Below are positions 58,858-64,000 of a stretch of DNA of 64,000 nt, piece after piece (positions within the stretch are counted from its first letter, which is position 1; every line of letters starts with the position of its first letter). Where the stretch lies: contig CATNEN010000031.1 in the NCBI GenBank assembly GCA_950097015.1, forward strand, positions 3,162,001-3,226,000, in the 5' to 3' direction. The position numbers were made by a program, and so were the translations under genes. The DNA is from Macrostomum hystrix (Eukaryota > Animalia > Platyhelminthes). The notes below the pieces were generated by a model that did no database searches, had not been told where the DNA came from, and worked only from the letters and a program-made list of their open reading frames with translations.

Positions 58858-59565
58858 ATGGGATCTATTAATTATGGGATATGTTAATTATGGGATCTAT
58901 TGAGTATGGGATCTATTGAGTGTAGGATCCATTAAGTATGGGATCCAGTAAGTATGGGATCTATTGAGTGTAGGTGTAGGATCCATTAAGTATGGGATCC
59001 ATTAATTATGGGATCTATTGAGTATGGGATCTATTGAGTGTAGGATCCATTAAGTATGGGATCCATTAATTATGGGATCTATTGAGTATGGGATCTATTG
59101 AGTGTAGGATCCATTAAGTATGGGATCTATTGAGTATGGGATCCATTAATTATGGGATCTATTGAGTATGGGATCTATTGAGTGTAGGATCCATTAAGTA
59201 TGGGATCCATTAATTATGGGATCTATTGAGTATGGGATCTATTGAGTGTAGGATCCATTAAGTATGGGATCCATTAATTATGGGATCTATTGAGTATGGG
59301 ATCTATTGAGTGTAGGATCCATTAAGTATGGGATCCATTAATTATGGGATCTATTGAGTATGGGATCTATTGAGTGTAGGATCCATTAAGTATGGGATCT
59401 ATTGAGTATGGGATCCATTAAGTATGGGATCTTTGAGTGTAGGATACATTAAGTATGGGATCTATTTCGAATTGGATATATTAAGTATAAAATGGATCTA
59501 TTGGGTATGGGATCTATTGAATGTGGGATCTGTTAAGTGTGGGATCTATTGGGTATGTGATCTAT
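58858..59565. repeat. 16-bp minisatellite (ATGGGATC(C/T)ATT(G/A)AGT) downstream of the F-BAR gene stop
   Basis: Direct inspection. Confidence 0.96.
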
Positions 59566-61039
59566 AGTGTGTCTACTTTACGTGCGTTTGAATAACGTTT
59601 TTTTATTTACATTTTTGCTGTGATTAAATTTTTATCAAAGATTGCTTTTTGTCGTACATTTTTAACCACTATTTATATAACAACGGAATTAGTTTTTATA
59701 TTTATCATTTCGTTGTGGGATTCACTAGATTTGTCAGCTACTTGCAGTAGCATTCTAAGCAAGTTACAAGCGTAGAGTTTATTCGCAAGAAAAAGTCAAA
59801 ATAATACTCGTAATTAGAACTGGATTTGGATCTACATGTGCAATTTTGTGAAAACTTGCCCTCTACTGACTTTTTGTATTCTTTGTTTAAATCGTTTTTT
59901 TAAATTGTGTATCTATACACCGCACATTCCAACGCTTGTGCCTATTGTTTTTAGCGAGTTTATTTGACGTTCAACGCAACAATAACTCGGCCTTGGCTAG
60001 TACAAACCTGACCAATCAATTGCTGTTTTTAGTGTTTGTCCAAACTTTATTGTCCTTCTGTAATGCAGTTCAATTTTATCATTGTGTTTGAAAATTATTG
60101 TTAGGCAATTTTTTCAATTACTTTTTTGTCTTGACTGCGGATTCGAACTCACGCCCTCAGTGCAAGAGTCGGACTCTTAAAAATCAAGTGTGCTTAATTA
60201 CTGTGAAAAACGCTAATAAATACCCTCGTAGTTTAGACTAGTCGACTTGTCTAGTTCCCCATTTAGTGAATCGAAAGCTCATTCCGTTCCGTCAATTATT
60301 TTTACTCAATTCCGACGCACATGTGCTAACTAACTTTTTGCTGTTGTCATTTTTTGATGAAACTTTTTTACTACTTAATTCTACAGCTATTTCTACTAAT
60401 AAGTAGTTAAGTTTGCACATTTTGGCTGTGCCGCAAATCATTTGATCCAATTTGCTTATATACTCGTATTTTACTATTTACTACTAGCTTATTATGTAAT
60501 TTTTTTAAATGATCTTATCGCTGAAAATGAAGACTTGTAGAAGTTAAAGACCTATTAGTGCTTGATCTATGCTTGTATTCTTTGTACATTAACCTAACGA
60601 GAGTCATAGCTAATAACATTTGTTATTAGGGCAACCTATATCGGACCTGCATCAATGCCTGCCTAGTCCCAAAATTATGCTGTCGGCGCCTCCTTGTATG
60701 CTTGTTGCATGCTTTCGTTGTCTCGTGTGTGTCTCCTTTTGTAAAAGAGATTTCAGATTCGTAAAATTTTCCTTCGTTCTTTTTTTGCTTTGACTTTGTT
60801 CAAATTTCGATCTTTTTGGGGTTTTAATTTTAATTTTCCCTAATTGGGTTTTCCGTTGAAGCTTTTTGAAATTAAATATAAAACTAACTTTTTGCTTGCT
60901 TACACTCCAAACCGAGCAAGTGTTGTTCGACAATTTCAGAGAAGCTGAACTTCAGAAGCTTAATTATTTGTTTATTATTGATTTTCGCATTCATCCAGCC
61001 ATTTAACTCTCACATCGGAAGCCTGTTAATATATCATTT

Positions 61040-61555
61040 CTGAAATCCATCATTTCAAAATCATTTAATCCATCATTTCAGAACCATTTATTCCATGAAT
61101 TCAAAATCATTTAATCAATTTTCTAAATCATTTAATCCATCATTTCAAAATCATTTAATCCATAATTTCAAAATCATTTAGTCCATCATTTCAGAATCAT
61201 TTATTCCATCAATTCAGAATCATTTAATCCATCATTTCAGAACCATTTATTCCATGAATTCAAAATCATTTAATCAATTTTCAAAATCATTTAATCCATC
61301 ATTTCAAAATCATTTGTCCATCATTTCAGAACCATTTATTCCATCGATTCAAAATAATTTAATCCATCATTTCAGAACCATTTATTCCATCAATTCAGAA
61401 TCATTGAATCCATGAATTCAAAATTATTTAATCCATCATTTCAGAACAATTTAATCCATCATTTCAGCATCATTTAGTTCATCACTTTAGAATCCTCTAA
61501 TCCATCATTTCAGAATCATATGATCCAGCAATTTAGAATCATTTAATCCATCATT
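61040..61555. repeat. Degenerate 23-bp AT-rich minisatellite (AATCATTTAATCCATCATTTCAG)
   Basis: Direct inspection. Confidence 0.92.
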
Positions 61556-61982
61556 ACATATTCGTTAAATAAAAATGTACCCACCCACCTGCTGTGCAAT
61601 TTAAAGACAACAATGCTGACCTCTGTCTCCTGGCGTACTTGTTTATTTCTGTTCCCTTAACTATGCAATGCATGATCTGAGAAGTTGCTGCAGTGACATT
61701 ACCAGGACGAGATTCTGCCGTCAATGGCAATCAGTCTTGGGGCAGGGTGGCGTGATCTAGCCCTCAGATTCGTGTTCAATAGTCAAAGTCCATCCACTAT
61801 GTTCGTCTGTCTTAGTCTCACAACTGGCTTCTTATCGGGTGTTCTTAGTAATCAGTTAAACGAAATCAGACCTGTACAACCAGTCATCAAGAGCTGTTTT
61901 ACAGCACAGTAAAATTGTGCCTTCTTACATAATTAGTTGCTCGACTGACTTGCTGCATTGCAGAGCATTTCGTGTCAATAAG

Positions 61983-62392
61983 TAGGCAGCCAAGAACTTT
62001 GGCACCCTTCTCACGCCTTTGAAACCCCCAATAATTAGGCAGCCTAGAACTTTGGCACCCTTCCTCACGCCTTTGAAACCCCCAATAATTAGGCAGCCTA
62101 GAACTTTGGCACTCTTCCTCACGCCTTTGAAACCCCCAATAATTAGGCAGCCTAGAACTTTGGCACCCTTCCTCACGCCTTTGAAACCCTCAATAATTAG
62201 GCAGCCTAGAAGTTTGCCACCCTTCCTCACGCCTTTGAAACCCCCAATAATTAGGCAGCCTAGAACTTTGGCACTCTTCCTCACGCCTTTGAAACCCCCA
62301 ATAATTAGGCAGCCTAGAACTTTGGCACCCTTCCTCACGCCTTTGAAACCCCCAATAAGTAGGCAGCCTAGAAGTTTGCCACCCTTCCTAAC
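61983..62392. repeat. 54-bp tandem repeat, about 7.5 copies
   Basis: Unit GGCAGCCTAGAACTTTGGCACCCTTCCTCACGCCTTTGAAACCCCCAATAATTA. Confidence 0.96.
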
Positions 62393-62698
62393 TACTTCGA
62401 AGCGCCAATAAATTCACTCGACCCTTGCATAGACCGTGTCCATTACATGATTTTACTTATTCGGCAGCACATCGCACAGAAATTCTAGCCTCGCCGCAGT
62501 TTAATAATTATTTTATCTTAAAAATGTGCAACACGTACATTTACAGCGTACATGTACATATAAATGCACAAGGCCGCCGCCTAACGGCAATTTCCTTATC
62601 AGCACACGCTGGAAGACAAGTCTCTGGACAAACTCAGCTCAGACTAATAACTGCAGTTTAAGAGTTGTAATTAGCTAACGTAGAAGAGTTTAGCCGAC

Positions 62699-63324
62699 AT
62701 GGACCTGGCATCGGTGCTGATTGCCCTGGCAGCCGCCTGGGGCCTAGTTACTCTACTGGTTCGCCGACCTTCGGCCCGCCCGCTGTTCGGCGTCTACGCC
62801 CAGCCGGGCCGTTGGTTCAGCCTGAAGTACGCCGCCTTCCTTCTGCTGCTGCGCCTGCGGCGGCTGCGCAAGTCGAAGCCGGCCGGCGACAAATCCGCCG
62901 CCGGTTTGGGGGTGGCTTCGCGAAACTCGCCAGCAGAGATGGAGCGGCCGCAGCAGATGCCGGATGAGCGAAAGTATCCGAATGTGAGCCTGGGAGGATA
63001 TTTCACACTAAATTAGTTACAAACCGCTTTAGTGGTAACACCAGAGGTCCCTGAGCTCGAATCCGCAACCCTTAAACCAACTCGCAGGCCGTTGACGCGG
63101 TGTATTTCAACGGAGCTGACCAGCTAGGCAACAATCTGATCATGGCGGCCTCGCGCAGGCAGAGCAGCCTGCTGCAGTGCATCTCCATTTTCCGGTTGGC
63201 CGGAATCGGCCTGCTGGAGCAGCCCAAGCAGCCGGACACCAACTTCACCAAGGAGGAGGGCGCCGACTGCGCGGCCGGCTTCATCAAGTCCGACATGCGA
63301 ATTGAGTGCCTGGAGCCAATGCAG
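62699..63324 (+). CDS. First two exons of an uncharacterised membrane-anchored protein (gene continues beyond the window)
   Basis: Exon 62699-62983 (donor AAT|GTGAGC) joins exon 63088-63324 (CAG acceptor, donor CAG|GTGGGT) in phase 0. It has an N-terminal hydrophobic anchor, GVYAQPGRWFSLK, EMERPQ, AVDAVYFNG, ASRR, PDT and IECLEPM. From memory this resembles the N-terminal region of invertebrate proteins annotated as putative PEP-synthase-like; not verified. Confidence 0.7.
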
Positions 63325-63344
63325 GTGGGTTTGAGCATGGGATG

Positions 63345-64000
63345 GCTTGAGCATGCTTTTAGTATGGATCTATTGAGTATGGGATCTATTGAGCATGGGA
63401 AGCATTGAGTATGGGAAGCGTTGTATGGAATCCATTGAGTATGGGATCCATTGAGTATGGGATCCATTGAGTATGGGATCCATTGAGTATGGGATTTATT
63501 GAGTATGGGATCCATTGAGTATGGGAAGCATTGATTATGGGAAGCATTGAGTATGGGATCCATTGAGTATGGGATCCGTTGAGTATGGGAAGCATTGAGT
63601 ATGGGATTTATTGAGTATGGGAAGCATTGAGTATTGGAAGCATTGAGTATGGGAAGCATTGAGTATGGGAAGCATTGAGTATGGGAAGCATTGAGTATGG
63701 GAAACATTGAGTATGGGATTTATTGAGTATGGGATCCATTGAGTATGGGAAGCATTGATTATGGGAAGCATTGAGTATGGGATCCATTGAGTATGGGATC
63801 CGTTGAGTATGGGAAGCATTGAGTATGGGATTTATTGAGTATAGGAATCATTGAGTATGGGAAGCATTGAGTATGGGATTTATTGAGTATAGGAATCATT
63901 GAGTATGGGAAGCATTAAGTATGGGAAGCATTGAGTATGGGAAGCATTGAGTATGGGAAGCATTGAGTATGTCATCCATTGAGTATGGGAAGCATTGAGT
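63345..64000. repeat. 16-bp intronic minisatellite (ATGGGA(TC/AG)CATTGAGT), same family as 58858-59565, runs off the window
   Basis: Direct inspection. Confidence 0.96.

Noticed and set aside
60652-60933. Lys-rich 93-aa minus-strand ORF
   Set aside because: Consistent with translating a T-rich tract; no recognisable domain or exon chain.

Overview
Eukaryotic (invertebrate animal) genomic DNA. Spliced genes have GC-rich exons, and by my rough sum about a quarter of the window is 11-69 bp minisatellite. That pattern suggests a Macrostomum-like flatworm (inference only). Five host genes can be assembled by hand from GT-AG junctions: (1) a stomatin/mec-2-like gene (+, constant exons 24053-32655); (2) a 10-exon M14A carboxypeptidase with B-type specificity (-, 43723-37848); (3) a 2-exon TMEM179-like four-TM protein (+, 45072-46038); (4) an FNBP1/CIP4-like F-BAR-HR1-SH3 gene (+, 51403-58693); (5) the first two exons of an uncharacterised gene (+, from 62699). 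Mobile DNA includes a young Mag-clade Ty3/gypsy element (46117-50611) with identical LTRs, a 5-bp TSD and one frameshift. There is also a head-to-tail Helitron dimer (14145-19663) whose two copies keep complementary halves of RepHel, a foldback-like inverted minisatellite structure (11293-14070), hAT and TTAA-target MITEs, and tRNA/CORE SINEs. The most interesting inferred system is a 23-kb battery of unrelated candidate first exons upstream of the stomatin gene. All end in phase 1 and all can splice in frame to the same constant exon at 24053. A linked pattern is that minisatellite arrays repeatedly start just downstream of splice donors. Most long ORFs in the supplied track are repeat artefacts.
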